Assembly (NCBI GenBank): GCA_963804975.1 | Contig: CAWDSG010000001.1 | Coordinates: forward strand, 118-64,117 | Length of the DNA: 64,000 nucleotides | Origin: an uncultured bacterium | GTDB taxonomy: Bacteria; Patescibacteriota; Minisyncoccia; Phycocordibacterales; GWA1-40-21 | Direction: 5' to 3' | In this document: one piece after another, positions 1-8,979 of the stretch | Layout of the letters: each line of letters starts with the position of its first letter | Numbering within the stretch: the first letter of the stretch is position 1 | Made by a program: the position numbers and the translations under genes | The notes under the pieces: model-generated | Told to the model about the DNA's origin: nothing | The model's input: only the letters and a program-made list of their open reading frames with translations | The model's database searches: none

Positions 1-27
1 CATATAATTCCGCATTATTCTAGTTTG

Positions 28-60
28 AAAAGGCGGCACGCTTCGCGTGCCGCCTTTTTT
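28..60. terminator. Bidirectional intrinsic terminator downstream of the MgtC-like gene
   Basis: AAAAGGCGGCACGC-TTC-GCGTGCCGCCTTTTTT hairpin flanked by A and T runs. Confidence 0.7.
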
Positions 61-92
61 GAAATCCCCAAGGTGTAACCTCGGGGATTTTT

Positions 93-584
93 TTATTTTT
101 TCATACTGCTCCCTTCCTCAAAATCTTCGCCTTTATGATGTGAAAGCTTGAGAAGCCCTTTTTCCACAAACCAAAAAATCGTAAACACAACGAGTGCCGC
201 TATCGTGCCGATAAGCGCAAGTGAGAAAAATCCAAATCCCGCCGCCATGCCGACGCCGGCGGAAACCCATAACCCGGCAGCTGTCGTCAGACCGGTAACT
301 TTATTGTCCGGGTTGTGAAAAAGCAAAAGTCCTGCGCCGATAAAGCCGATGCCGCTGATGATCGAAGCGGCAAGCGTGAGCGGGCTGACAACCGCCGGAT
401 TTCCGACAAGCACAACGACATTTTCGGAGATAAGAATGAAAACAGCCGAGCCGAGAGAAACCATGGAATATGTCCTCATACCCGCGGTTTTCCCGGCAAA
501 AGTCCTTTCAAGGCCGAGTACGGAGCCGAGGCCGATAGCAATCGCAATTCGTATGATTATTTCGGTTGTAGTGAGTGTTAACAT
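93..584 (-). CDS. MgtC/SapB family membrane protein
   Basis: Motifs GLER, AGMRT, GIGFIGAG and GLTTAAGLW. Confidence 0.92.
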   Translation of the reverse strand: MLTLTTTEIIIRIAIAIGLGSVLGLERTFAGKTAGMRTYSMVSLGSAVFILISENVVVLVGNPAVVSPLTLAASIISGIGFIGAGLLLFHNPDNKVTGLTTAAGLWVSAGVGMAAGFGFFSLALIGTIAALVVFTIFWFVEKGLLKLSHHKGEDFEEGSSMKK

Positions 585-641
585 TTTATTTTAATTAAAT
601 TTTTAATGGAATAATTATAACATTACGGTTTTAAAATAAAA

Positions 642-685
642 GGCCGAATTTCCGCCTGCCTGCGCAGGCAGGCGGAAATTCGGCC
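642..685. repeat. Perfect 44-bp palindrome with a CCTGCC...GGCAGG core in the divergent promoter region
   Basis: GGCCGAATTTCCGCCTGCCTGC|GCAGGCAGGCGGAAATTCGGCC, checked base by base. Confidence 0.9.
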
Positions 686-706
686 AATTTTTGCTACAAT
701 AGCAGG

Positions 707-2881
707 ATGAATCTTTCCGACCCTATTGAAAAAATTTTCCGCCTGCAGGAGACGCAAAAGAAAGCGTTAAAAAAACTTGGCATTAAAACCATAAGCGATT
801 TGCTTTACCATTTCCCTGTCCGTTATGGCGATACCTCGCAAAAAAAGAATATCGGAAGCTTAGTTTTAGGCGACAAAGCTGTGATTTTTGGAAAAATTTC
901 CGGATTGAAAATGAGCAAAGGTTTCAGAAGCAAAATCCCGATGGCCCAAGCTCAAATCGAGGACGAATCGGGAAAAATAAAAGTTGTCTGGTTCCATCAG
1001 CCGTATATCGCAAAAATGATCCACGAAGGCGCATTTGTGCGCGCCGATGGAAAAGTATCGGAAAGAAAAAGCTCACTTTATCTTTCAAATCCGAAAATAG
1101 AAACTGTAGCAGAGCTTCCGACAGGCATCAGCGATTCCCTTTTTGGCCTGCCCGGCCAGGGTGAAAACAGTGAAAAACATTCTCTTTACCCTGTTTATCC
1201 GGAGAGCCGAGGCATCACGTCAAATTGGTTTTATCACGCCATACAGAAAATTTTCTCTTCCGGAATCACAGATAGTTTGGAAGATCCTATTCCCGAACAT
1301 ATTCTGGAAAAATACAGCTTGCCTACTTTGAAAACCGCCATAATCTGGATTCACGCTCCGCAAAAACAAAATGACGCCTTGGCAGCCAGAAAACGCTTCG
1401 CGTTTGAAGAGGTTTTTTTCATTCAATTGCAGAAAAAGAAAGATAGGATAGTTTGGAACAAAAGCCCGAGCTTCGCCATAGAAAAATCACCGGCTGAAAT
1501 CGCAGGATTTGTGAAAAGATTCCCGTTCAGAGCGACAAACGCGCAAGGAAAAGCAATTGATGTGATTTTGTCGGATTTTAAAAAAGACCACGCCATGGCG
1601 CGGCTTCTTGAAGGCGATGTCGGAAGCGGAAAAACCGCAGTGGCAGCCACGACAGCATACGCCGTCATTACTTCTCGCCCAATTGGACAGGATTTCGGCA
1701 ATCTGCAGGTGGCTTACATGGCGCCGACGGAAATCCTTGCAAAACAGCATTTTGAATCTTTCATAGAATATTTTGAGCATCTTGGAATAAATATCGGCCT
1801 CATTACCGGAAAAGAATGCAGAAAATTCCCGTCAAAAGTAAACCCGAAAAGTTGGACTAATATTTCCCGCACACAGCTTTTGAAATGGGTGGCAAATGGC
1901 GAGATTCCGATTCTTGTCGGCACGCACGCCCTTATTCAAAAATCCGTAAAATTCAAACACTTGGCTTATGTTGTAATTGACGAACAGCATCGTTTCGGAA
2001 CTTTACAGAGGCAAAAACTTACAAAAAAAGAAGGTTTGAATCCGCATTTGTTGTCGATGACCGCAACGCCGATTCCCCGCACGCTTGCACTCACAGTATA
2101 CGGAAATCTTGATTTAACTTTGCTTGACGAGATGCCCGCCGGCAGAAAGCCGATAATCACCGAAATTGTTTTGCCAAATGAAAGGGAAAAAACTTATGAA
2201 AAAATAAAAACAACAATTGAAAACGGAAGACAAGTTTATGTGATATGCCCGAGAATCGATATTCCCGATCCGGAAAAAGAAAGCGCCATAATAGCCAAAT
2301 CGGTGAAAGAAGAAGCCGAGCGTTTGAAAAGGAATGTTTTCCAAAAATATGAAATCGGAATGCTTCATTCCAAAATGCTCCAGAGCGAGAAAGAAAAAGT
2401 GATGAATAATTTCAAAAAAGGAATTATAAATATTCTCGTTGCGACGAGTGTTGTGGAAGTCGGAGTGAATGTGCCGAATGCCACCATAATAATAATCGAG
2501 GGAGCAGAAAGATTCGGCCTTGCGCAGCTTCACCAGCTCAGAGGACGCGTAATAAGAAGCAATCATCAGGCATATTGTTATGTTTTCGCCGAAACGAAAA
2601 CGCAAAAAACCTTGGAACGCCTGAAATCCTTTAAAAATTCTTCAAACGGTTTTGAACTTGCCGAATTTGACCTGAAGCAGCGCGGAGCAGGCGAGCTTTC
2701 CGGAAACAAGCAATGGGGCATCACGGATATCGGCATGGAAGCGATAAAAAATCTGAAAATGGTGGAAGCCGCTCGCACCGAAGCGGACAAACTTCTGGAG
2801 CAAGACGAATCGCTTTCAAAATTCCCTCTTATCGCCAAAAAACTTTCCGAACGAAAAACGGAAGAGATCCACTTTGAATAG
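707..2881 (+). CDS. recG: ATP-dependent DNA helicase RecG
   Basis: GDVGSGKT, MAPTEILA, DEQHRFG, MTATPIPRTL, QLHQLRGRV; N-terminal wedge/OB region. Confidence 0.97.
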   Translation: MNLSDPIEKIFRLQETQKKALKKLGIKTISDLLYHFPVRYGDTSQKKNIGSLVLGDKAVIFGKISGLKMSKGFRSKIPMAQAQIEDESGKIKVVWFHQPYIAKMIHEGAFVRADGKVSERKSSLYLSNPKIETVAELPTGISDSLFGLPGQGENSEKHSLYPVYPESRGITSNWFYHAIQKIFSSGITDSLEDPIPEHILEKYSLPTLKTAIIWIHAPQKQNDALAARKRFAFEEVFFIQLQKKKDRIVWNKSPSFAIEKSPAEIAGFVKRFPFRATNAQGKAIDVILSDFKKDHAMARLLEGDVGSGKTAVAATTAYAVITSRPIGQDFGNLQVAYMAPTEILAKQHFESFIEYFEHLGINIGLITGKECRKFPSKVNPKSWTNISRTQLLKWVANGEIPILVGTHALIQKSVKFKHLAYVVIDEQHRFGTLQRQKLTKKEGLNPHLLSMTATPIPRTLALTVYGNLDLTLLDEMPAGRKPIITEIVLPNEREKTYEKIKTTIENGRQVYVICPRIDIPDPEKESAIIAKSVKEEAERLKRNVFQKYEIGMLHSKMLQSEKEKVMNNFKKGIINILVATSVVEVGVNVPNATIIIIEGAERFGLAQLHQLRGRVIRSNHQAYCYVFAETKTQKTLERLKSFKNSSNGFELAEFDLKQRGAGELSGNKQWGITDIGMEAIKNLKMVEAARTEADKLLEQDESLSKFPLIAKKLSERKTEEIHFE

Positions 2882-2883
2882 CA

Positions 2884-2965
2884 GCGCCGCTCATGTGAAA
2901 TTTCTCGCGAGGAACTGTTTGAGCGAAGCGAGTTTTCCGAGAAGAAAATTTCACATGAGCGGCGC
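2884..2965. repeat. 20-bp perfect inverted repeat enclosing a core with GAGCGAAGCGAG; related to repeat family B
   Basis: GCGCCGCTCATGTGAAATTT ... AAATTTCACATGAGCGGCGC starts 3 nt after the recG stop. Confidence 0.8.
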
Positions 2966-3013
2966 GGCGTTCAATTGCGGAAAGGCAAAATTTAGTATAA
3001 GATTCCTTTCAAT

Positions 3014-3087
3014 ACGCCTGTAGCTCAGCTGGTTAGAGCGCGAAGCTTATACCTTCGATGTCCCTGGTTCGAATCCAGGCAGGCGTA
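3014..3087 (+). tRNA. tRNA-Ile with anticodon TAT (UAU)
   Basis: Cloverleaf: acceptor ACGCCTG/CAGGCGT, D arm GCTC/GAGC, anticodon arm CGAAG-CT TAT AC-CTTCG, T arm CCTGG-TTCGAAT-CCAGG; discriminator A; no encoded CCA. Confidence 0.93.
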
Positions 3088-3186
3088 CATTGCAAATAAC
3101 AGAAAATATGCTATAAATAACATCTAACGTAGTCCTATTGAAAACCGCGTAAAAGCGCACTTTCAATACATTATTTTAAAAATACT

Positions 3187-3699
3187 TTGAATATAAAAGT
3201 AAGAATCAATCATCAGATAAGGGTTCCGGAGCTCCGGGTCATCACAGACAGCGGAGAAAATCTCGGAGTCATATCTACAAGCGAGGCTCTCAGAAGAGCC
3301 GAGGAAGCCGGTTTGGATCTGGTGGAAATATCGCCAAACACAATTCCGCCGGTTGCAAAAATAACGGATTATGGTAGATTCCAATACGCCGAAAAGAAAA
3401 AACTGAAGGATTCCAAGGCAAAAATACAGAATGTGGAGATAAAAAGCATTCAGGTAAAAATCGCCACAGACGAGCACGACCTTGCCATGAAAGCCGCTAA
3501 AGTTTCAAAGTGGCTCAAGGAAGGAAACCGCGTCAGATTGAATCTTTTCCTGTCGGGCAGGGCGAAATATCTGGACAAAAAGTTCTTGCAGGAAAGGATG
3601 GAAAGGATATTGAAGATGATTACCGAAGAATTCAGAGTATCGGAAGCTCCCCAGAAAAGTTTGAAAGGGATGACAATGATGATAGAAAAGGCAAAATAA
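3187..3699 (+). CDS. infC: Translation initiation factor IF-3 (non-AUG start)
   Basis: RINHQIR, LDLVEISP, PPVAKITDYG motifs; TTG start; infC-rpmI-rplT order. Confidence 0.96.
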   Translation: MNIKVRINHQIRVPELRVITDSGENLGVISTSEALRRAEEAGLDLVEISPNTIPPVAKITDYGRFQYAEKKKLKDSKAKIQNVEIKSIQVKIATDEHDLAMKAAKVSKWLKEGNRVRLNLFLSGRAKYLDKKFLQERMERILKMITEEFRVSEAPQKSLKGMTMMIEKAK

Positions 3700-3711
3700 T
3701 TAATTCATAAT

Positions 3712-3900
3712 ATGAAAACGAACAAATCATTCTCAAAAAGATTGAAGGTGACAAGAAATGGCAAAATACTCGGAAGAAAAGCCGGGCAGAATCATTTTAA
3801 TGCAAAAGAAAGCAGGAATACCCAATACAAGAAAAAAAAATCAATGATATTGCACTTCACATCAAGGAATAAAGCGAGATTTTTGCCGGGAAGATTTTAG
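3712..3900 (+). CDS. rpmI: 50S ribosomal protein bL35
   Basis: MKTNKSFSKRLKVTRNGK; lies between infC and rplT. Confidence 0.93.
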   Translation: MKTNKSFSKRLKVTRNGKILGRKAGQNHFNAKESRNTQYKKKKSMILHFTSRNKARFLPGRF

Positions 3901-3908
3901 AAATTAAT

Positions 3909-4054
3909 GAGCAAAGCGACTATAATTTCTTAAACCCTGTTAAATAGGGTTGTCGAAAAGAGAGATATTCGCGAAAACAGGTTATATATAATAAAAATAG
4001 TTTATAAACAATAATTTATTTAACAGGGTGGCGATTTTTATAGTCGTTTCACTC
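3909..4054. repeat. Repeat family B, copy 1 (rpmI-rplT spacer)
   Basis: Outer IR GAGCAAAGCGACTATAA/TTATAGTCGTTTCACTC; inner IR ACCCTGTTAAATA/TATTTAACAGGGT. Confidence 0.8.
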
Positions 4055-4068
4055 CTTAAAAATCAGCC

Positions 4069-4413
4069 ATGTCACGCGTTAAACGGGGAATCATAAAAAA
4101 TAAGAGGAGAAAAAACGTCCTTAGAATGACGAAAGGATATCGCCTGAACAGGAGAAGCAAAGAAGCTGCCGCCATAGAAGCAATAATGCATGCCGGTGCA
4201 AACGCATTTGAGGGAAGAAGAGATAAAAAGGGCGATTTCAGGCGGCTTTGGAATGTCCGCATTAATGCGGCACTGCGGGAAAACGGTTCCACATATTCAA
4301 AATTCATCGGCGCTTTGAAAAAAAATAAAATAGAATTGGACAGAAAAATCCTCTCTCTTCTGGCAAACGAAAATCCGGAGACATTTAAGAGAGTTATAGC
4401 ACAGGTGAAATAA
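4069..4413 (+). CDS. rplT: 50S ribosomal protein bL20
   Basis: MSRVKRG, FRRLWNVRINAA, IELDRKILS. Confidence 0.97.
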   Translation: MSRVKRGIIKNKRRKNVLRMTKGYRLNRRSKEAAAIEAIMHAGANAFEGRRDKKGDFRRLWNVRINAALRENGSTYSKFIGALKKNKIELDRKILSLLANENPETFKRVIAQVK

Positions 4414-4462
4414 AGACTCATTCGTTTGCAAAAGAAAGGCGAACCGCTTGCGGTTCGCCTTT

Positions 4463-5836
4463 TTATTTTAACTCCACACTCTCCCCATACTCTGGATATT
4501 CGGCAGAGACATCAAGCTCATCGCGAAGGCGCTGGACCAGAAATAGCGAAGATTTCGGCTCGCCCATGACGGTAAAAACTTTTTTCAGCTTTCCGCTCTT
4601 TGCCGCCTCTTCCACAAAAGCGACCAGATGATCCGAATCTTTGTGCGACGAATATCCTTCTATTTTTGCAATCTTTGCTTTCACTTTAATATCCTGACCG
4701 TTTATTTTTACCACTTTAGCGCCATCTTCAAGCTGCCTGCCAAGCATTCCGACTGCCTGATATCCGACAAGCAAAATTGTTGCATTTTTATCGCCTGCAT
4801 GATCTTTCTCATGATGGACGATTCTTCCGCCGTTTGACATTCCCGAGCCAGCCATGATTATTTTCGGATTCGGCGTTCTGTCGATATTTTCCGATTCCCA
4901 GAAAAGCGGCGTGTCTTTCAATTTAGGAAACTTGAATACATCATCTCCCGCTTTTATTTCATCACGCACTTTTTCATTCAGATAGCTCGCGTATTTTTCG
5001 TAAATTTTCGTCACTTTGATGGCAAGCGGCGAATCAAGAAAAACAGGAATTGGCTGCAATTCTTTATTCATAAAAAATTCGTTCATTTCATAAAGCATCA
5101 TCTGCGTCCTTTCCACGGAAAACGTAGGTATAATAAGGAGTTTTTTGTTTGCAATCGTGTCTTTAATGGCATCTTTCAGCATTTTTCTTCTCTCATCCTT
5201 CGGCGCATGATTCCTGTCGCCATAAACGCTTTCCATCACGATATAATCGGCGTCAATGATCGGCTCGGTATCATTCAAAAGAAGCGATGGCGAATTGCCA
5301 AGGTCGCCGGTCAGCACCGTTTTTGTTTTTCCGTCACTCATTTCCACCATTGCCGAACCGAGTATATGGCCGGAGTCGTAGAGATAAATGGAAATGCCGG
5401 CGCCAAGATCAAATTTTTGATGATACGGAAGCGTGCTCCAAAGCGTCATGGCTTTTTCCACATCTTTTTTTTCAAACATAGCGAAAACTCCGCTTTTTCT
5501 CGCTTCCGTTTCCAAAATCTGCAAGGTATCTTCCAAAAGCAATTGGGAGATTTCTTTTGTCGGAGGCGTGCTGATTATTTTTCCGCGGAATCCGTCTTTG
5601 ACGATTTTCGGTATCCTGCCGATATGGTCTATATGGCCGTGAGTAATGATGAGAAAATCTATTTCTTCCGGTTTGTAAGGAAACGGGTCGCGATTGAAAG
5701 CGTCTGCAGTTTCTGCGCCCTGCATCATTCCGCAATCAATGAGAATTTTTATGCTTTTGCCGGCGTCATTCGCATGTTCAATCAAAAAATTCGCTCCTGT
5801 CACCGAACCTGTTCCTCCATAAAAAGTCAGTTTCAT
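4463..5836 (-). CDS. MBL-fold metallo-hydrolase, beta-CASP RNase-like
   Basis: THGHIDHIG, GHILGS, ESVYG, AGSGM, YSSH motifs. Confidence 0.92.
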   Translation of the reverse strand: MKLTFYGGTGSVTGANFLIEHANDAGKSIKILIDCGMMQGAETADAFNRDPFPYKPEEIDFLIITHGHIDHIGRIPKIVKDGFRGKIISTPPTKEISQLLLEDTLQILETEARKSGVFAMFEKKDVEKAMTLWSTLPYHQKFDLGAGISIYLYDSGHILGSAMVEMSDGKTKTVLTGDLGNSPSLLLNDTEPIIDADYIVMESVYGDRNHAPKDERRKMLKDAIKDTIANKKLLIIPTFSVERTQMMLYEMNEFFMNKELQPIPVFLDSPLAIKVTKIYEKYASYLNEKVRDEIKAGDDVFKFPKLKDTPLFWESENIDRTPNPKIIMAGSGMSNGGRIVHHEKDHAGDKNATILLVGYQAVGMLGRQLEDGAKVVKINGQDIKVKAKIAKIEGYSSHKDSDHLVAFVEEAAKSGKLKKVFTVMGEPKSSLFLVQRLRDELDVSAEYPEYGESVELK

Positions 5837-5874
5837 AATTTGATTATATCATCTGATAATTATTCCTGAAACAA

Positions 5875-5906
5875 AAGAAAAACCGTCCACCAAATGCGAC
5901 GGGTTT
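5875..5906 (-). terminator. Terminator after the 6S-like RNA
   Basis: Minus-strand hairpin CCGTC...GACGG followed by TTTTTCTTTT. Confidence 0.6.
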
Positions 5907-5907
5907 T

Positions 5908-6040
5908 CTATAGGATTATCAGGCGAGCACTACCCTAGATAAATCTAGGTGGGTGTCCTCGATGATGCACCAAGGTGTATCAAAAGTTAGACTCCCTTAA
6001 AAAATATTTTGTCGGATAATGCTTTACTAATAATCCTATC
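5908..6040 (-). ncRNA. ssrS: Compact 6S RNA-like gene (~133 nt)
   Basis: Closing stems AUAGGAUUAUUAG/CUGAUAAUCCUAU and AGCAUUAUCC/GGGUAGUGCU; central bubble with 3' hairpin CCUAGAU-U-UAUCUAGG; GGGAGUCU/GGACACCC stem; TTGACA-N15-TATAAT promoter directly upstream. Confidence 0.75.
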
Positions 6041-6044
6041 TTTA

Positions 6045-6071
6045 ATTATACTCCCGCCATACGGGTGTCAA
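6045..6071 (-). promoter_or_regulatory. Sigma70-type promoter of the 6S-like RNA
   Basis: Consensus TTGACA and TATAAT hexamers with a 15-nt spacer on the minus strand. Confidence 0.65.
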
Positions 6072-6111
6072 CAAGAAAAATAAAGAGAAAATCATTTTCT
6101 GGATTTTGTAA

Positions 6112-6150
6112 ACCCCCACACCTTTCGTTTTTAATGAAAGGTGTGGGGGT
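6112..6150. repeat. Short palindromic element
   Basis: 15-bp perfect inverted repeat ACCCCCACACCTTTC...GAAAGGTGTGGGGGT. Confidence 0.7.
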
Positions 6151-6221
6151 AAAGTGCAAGGAAAACGCCGATTCGCGGAGCGAATCGGCGTTTTCATTTT
6201 TAACGTATAAAATACGATAAA

Positions 6222-6896
6222 TTACTTTTCTGAAATTTCACCCTTTACTTTTTCTATGTATTTTGCGGCGGCATCCTGTCCTCCAAGACCGAATGCAAGG
6301 CCCAAAGCCAGAGAAACAGCAATGATGATACCCGTGAAAAGAGTATTTATGAACGAAACTGCGATACCAAGCTGCATAATGGCTGCAAGGATTGCAAATA
6401 TCCAGATAGCCCACTTTGCGATTTTACCTGCAAAATTTGCCGATTTTATATTGGCTGCTTTTGCCGAACCAGCCACGATTTTCTGCACCGTCTCTGCGAC
6501 GATAGCCGCGGCAAGTACGATAAGCACCGCAACGATAACTTGAGGCAGATAGCCAAGAACAACGTCTTTAAGGAAGGCGGTGACCTGAGTCAGCCCCAAA
6601 ACGCCAAGAGCCGCAACAAGAAACACGACGATTATAAACCATTCCACCAATTTGCCCAGAAAATAGCCGGAATTAAGCTTAAATCCCGCTTTTTCAACAA
6701 ATTTTTCCAATCCAGTCGCTCTTAAAGCAGAATCAATTCTTGCAAGTTTGACCAGTTCAAAGACAAATTTGAAGAATATTGCACCCACAATCCAACCTAT
6801 GACGGCTATAATTATAGCGGCTAAGAATGTCGGAATAAAAGTAGCAACGCCATTCCATACGCCATTCAAAGAGTTAGAAAATGCTTGTGTCAACAT
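6222..6896 (-). CDS. Membrane protein with TM-helix repeats (CmpX / small mechanosensitive channel-associated)
   Basis: Repeated 'YLPQVIVAVLI' type helices; C-terminal GLAFGLGGQD. Confidence 0.8.
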   Translation of the reverse strand: MLTQAFSNSLNGVWNGVATFIPTFLAAIIIAVIGWIVGAIFFKFVFELVKLARIDSALRATGLEKFVEKAGFKLNSGYFLGKLVEWFIIVVFLVAALGVLGLTQVTAFLKDVVLGYLPQVIVAVLIVLAAAIVAETVQKIVAGSAKAANIKSANFAGKIAKWAIWIFAILAAIMQLGIAVSFINTLFTGIIIAVSLALGLAFGLGGQDAAAKYIEKVKGEISEK

Positions 6897-7051
6897 GATA
6901 AATTATTTTTATAAATTAATAAACAAACCTAATAAATATTAAATCCCTTTGGGATATTAACGACCTGTTTGCAACAATAATTATATCATTTCCCGAGAGG
7001 TATTTAAACCTGTGCAAATAGAAGCTGTGGATAACGAAATCCGGCTTCCGA

Positions 7052-7669
7052 CTAAGAATTTATCTTGTCCAAAAGCACCTGATGGGGATAATCCAGGACG
7101 TCTTTTACGAGTTTGTCGCACATGCCAAGGCGATATTGGAAATCCGAGGTTTCAAAGCAAGCGTACATCAATTCTTTGCCAAGCTCGGCTTCTATGGATT
7201 TAATGGTGCTGTTGAGTTTGGGTTTTTTCAGATGATCGCCGACTATGAGCAAGTCCAATCTGCTGTTCTTGTCCTGCGTAAAAACACCGGCAACTGCGAC
7301 AAATTTCAATCTGCCTGACCTTGATAATCTTTTTAAAATTTCACTGCCGTCCAAAGTTTTGGTGCTTAAGAGCAATTGCTTAAGCGCCGCAATATAAGGA
7401 AAATCCTGATTTAAGCGAAACCCTCGTGATTTTACTTTTTTTTCCACCGTTTTTCTTCCCTTTTTTCTTTTTGCCAATTTATAAAAAATTCCTTTCTTAA
7501 TAAAATTTATCTTGCTCAGAACGGCAAATTCTTTTCTTATATTTTTTCTGTCAACTTTGGATTTGCCGTAAACCAAATCAATGTCAAAAAAATCTTCCGG
7601 ATTGAAGATAAATAGGCGCATAATCTTGACTCTGGCTTCGCTTCCCAGCAATTTGCTCAAATATTTCAT
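7052..7669 (-). CDS. Conserved CPR protein: N-terminal winged HTH plus nucleotidyltransferase-like domain
   Basis: LLGSEARVKIMRLF N-terminus; SRLDLLIVGD motif. Confidence 0.65.
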   Translation of the reverse strand: MKYLSKLLGSEARVKIMRLFIFNPEDFFDIDLVYGKSKVDRKNIRKEFAVLSKINFIKKGIFYKLAKRKKGRKTVEKKVKSRGFRLNQDFPYIAALKQLLLSTKTLDGSEILKRLSRSGRLKFVAVAGVFTQDKNSRLDLLIVGDHLKKPKLNSTIKSIEAELGKELMYACFETSDFQYRLGMCDKLVKDVLDYPHQVLLDKINS

Positions 7670-7827
7670 AATTATATTGTATCACAAATTAAAATTCTTC
7701 GCGTAATTTTTGAAAATCACGATAAAACCGCCCTCGTCAGGGCGGTTTTTCTCTGCTCAAAGAATTTTTTGCTAAAAATTCTTCTCCGCAAGTCTTTTCA
7801 AAAACTACGCGTGCGGATTTTTCAGGT

Positions 7828-7939
7828 AAGCGAGCGAGGTGTTTCGTTTGAAAAGCCTAGGGAGCGCGACGGCGCGAGCTTGAGGAATTTTCTAGCAAGA
7901 AAATATCCGTGCTTTTCAAATAAAATACCGAGCGAGCTT
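7828..7939 (+). repeat. Repeat family A, copy 1 (directly after the rplL stop)
   Basis: AAGCGAGCGAGG...CCGAGCGAGCTT ends, long stem, GAGCGCGACGGCGCGAG arm, AGCA-loop hairpin. Confidence 0.85.
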
Positions 7940-8329
7940 TTATTTCAATGTGATTTTTCCTCCAGCGGCCTCAACATCTTTCTTTAGTTTCTCCGCATCC
8001 TCCTTTTTCATTTCCTCTTTCAAGACCGAAGGGGCTGCGTCCACTAAATCTTTCGCTTCCTTAAGGCCAAGCCCCAAGATTTCTTTTACAACTTTGATGA
8101 CTGCTATTTTCTGGGCGCCGCTTGCAGTGAGTTCGACTTTGAATGTTGATTTCTCTTCTGCAGGTGCAGCTGCAACTGCAGGACCGGCAACCGCAACTGC
8201 TGCGGCTGAGACGCCGAATTTCTCTTCAAGAACTTTTACAAGTTCGTGAAGATCCATAACTGACATTTTTTCTATTTCTCCGACAAGCTTTTCGAATTTT
8301 GCCGGAATTGGTTTTTTTGCTTCTTCCAT
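7940..8329 (-). CDS. rplL: 50S ribosomal protein bL12 (L7/L12)
   Basis: [30 protein letters not shown]. Confidence 0.98.
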   Translation of the reverse strand: MEEAKKPIPAKFEKLVGEIEKMSVMDLHELVKVLEEKFGVSAAAVAVAGPAVAAAPAEEKSTFKVELTASGAQKIAVIKVVKEILGLGLKEAKDLVDAAPSVLKEEMKKEDAEKLKKDVEAAGGKITLK

Positions 8330-8368
8330 ATTTTTATTTTAATTTAATTAATAATTTGTATTTTTTGT

Positions 8369-8482
8369 AAGCGAGCGAGGCAATTCAATTTTTAATGCCT
8401 TGGTAGGAGCGTCGGCGACAGACAGAGAAAATTTTTAGCAAAAAATTTTCGTGCATTTAAAATTGAATTGCCGAGCGAGCTT
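8369..8482 (+). repeat. Repeat family A, copy 2 (rplJ-rplL spacer)
   Basis: Same termini as copy 1 with a compensated stem GGCAATTCAATTTT/AAAATTGAATTGCC. Confidence 0.85.
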
Positions 8483-8968
8483 TTAAGCTGTTTTTGTTTT
8501 TGTGATTGCATCCAATACGACCGTAAATCTCTGAATCGGTGAATTGATAAGATTGACGAACTGCGCATAAAGCGTTTTCTGCGAAGGAATAGCCGCAATT
8601 GCGGTCATTTCTTCCACTGTCATATATTTCCCTTCAAAAATACCTCCGACAATTTTTACATTATCATTGTATTTTTTCTGAAAAGCGTAGAATTCTCTGG
8701 CTGGAGCCGTGAGGTCTTCGCCATAAACTATGGCAAGTTCTCCGACAAATTCCGGCATTGTGCCTGCGATTTTCGCGTTATTAAGCGCAATTTTGGCAAG
8801 AGTTTTCCTCGTTACCAGATATCCCACGCCTTCTTTTCTCAAAGCTTTTCTCATCGCCTGGTCATCCGCGACATTCAGGTTGTGAAAGTTCGCAAATACG
8901 ACCGATTTTGAACTTTTGATTGCTTTTCCAATTTCTTCAACTAATTCTTTTTTCTTTGCTTTTGTCAT
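8483..8968 (-). CDS. rplJ: 50S ribosomal protein uL10
   Basis: MTKAKKKELV, VTRKTLAKIA, GGIFEG; upstream of rplL. Confidence 0.95.
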   Translation of the reverse strand: MTKAKKKELVEEIGKAIKSSKSVVFANFHNLNVADDQAMRKALRKEGVGYLVTRKTLAKIALNNAKIAGTMPEFVGELAIVYGEDLTAPAREFYAFQKKYNDNVKIVGGIFEGKYMTVEEMTAIAAIPSQKTLYAQFVNLINSPIQRFTVVLDAITKTKTA

Positions 8969-8979
8969 TGATTTTTAAT

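Noticed and set aside
3130-3170. Hairpin upstream of infC as an L20 leader
   Set aside because: A stem is present (TATTGAAA/TTTCAATA), but I cannot match the L20-leader consensus with confidence.
5207-5869. Long antisense ORFs (also 13516-14082, 49009-49629, 53860-54414)
   Set aside because: They are shadows of well-supported genes on the opposite strand and show no recognisable motifs.
2975-6071. Short (15-nt) -35/-10 spacing as a lineage-specific promoter rule
   Set aside because: Two promoters show 15 nt, but others in the window show 16-17 nt; there are too few cases and no TSS data.
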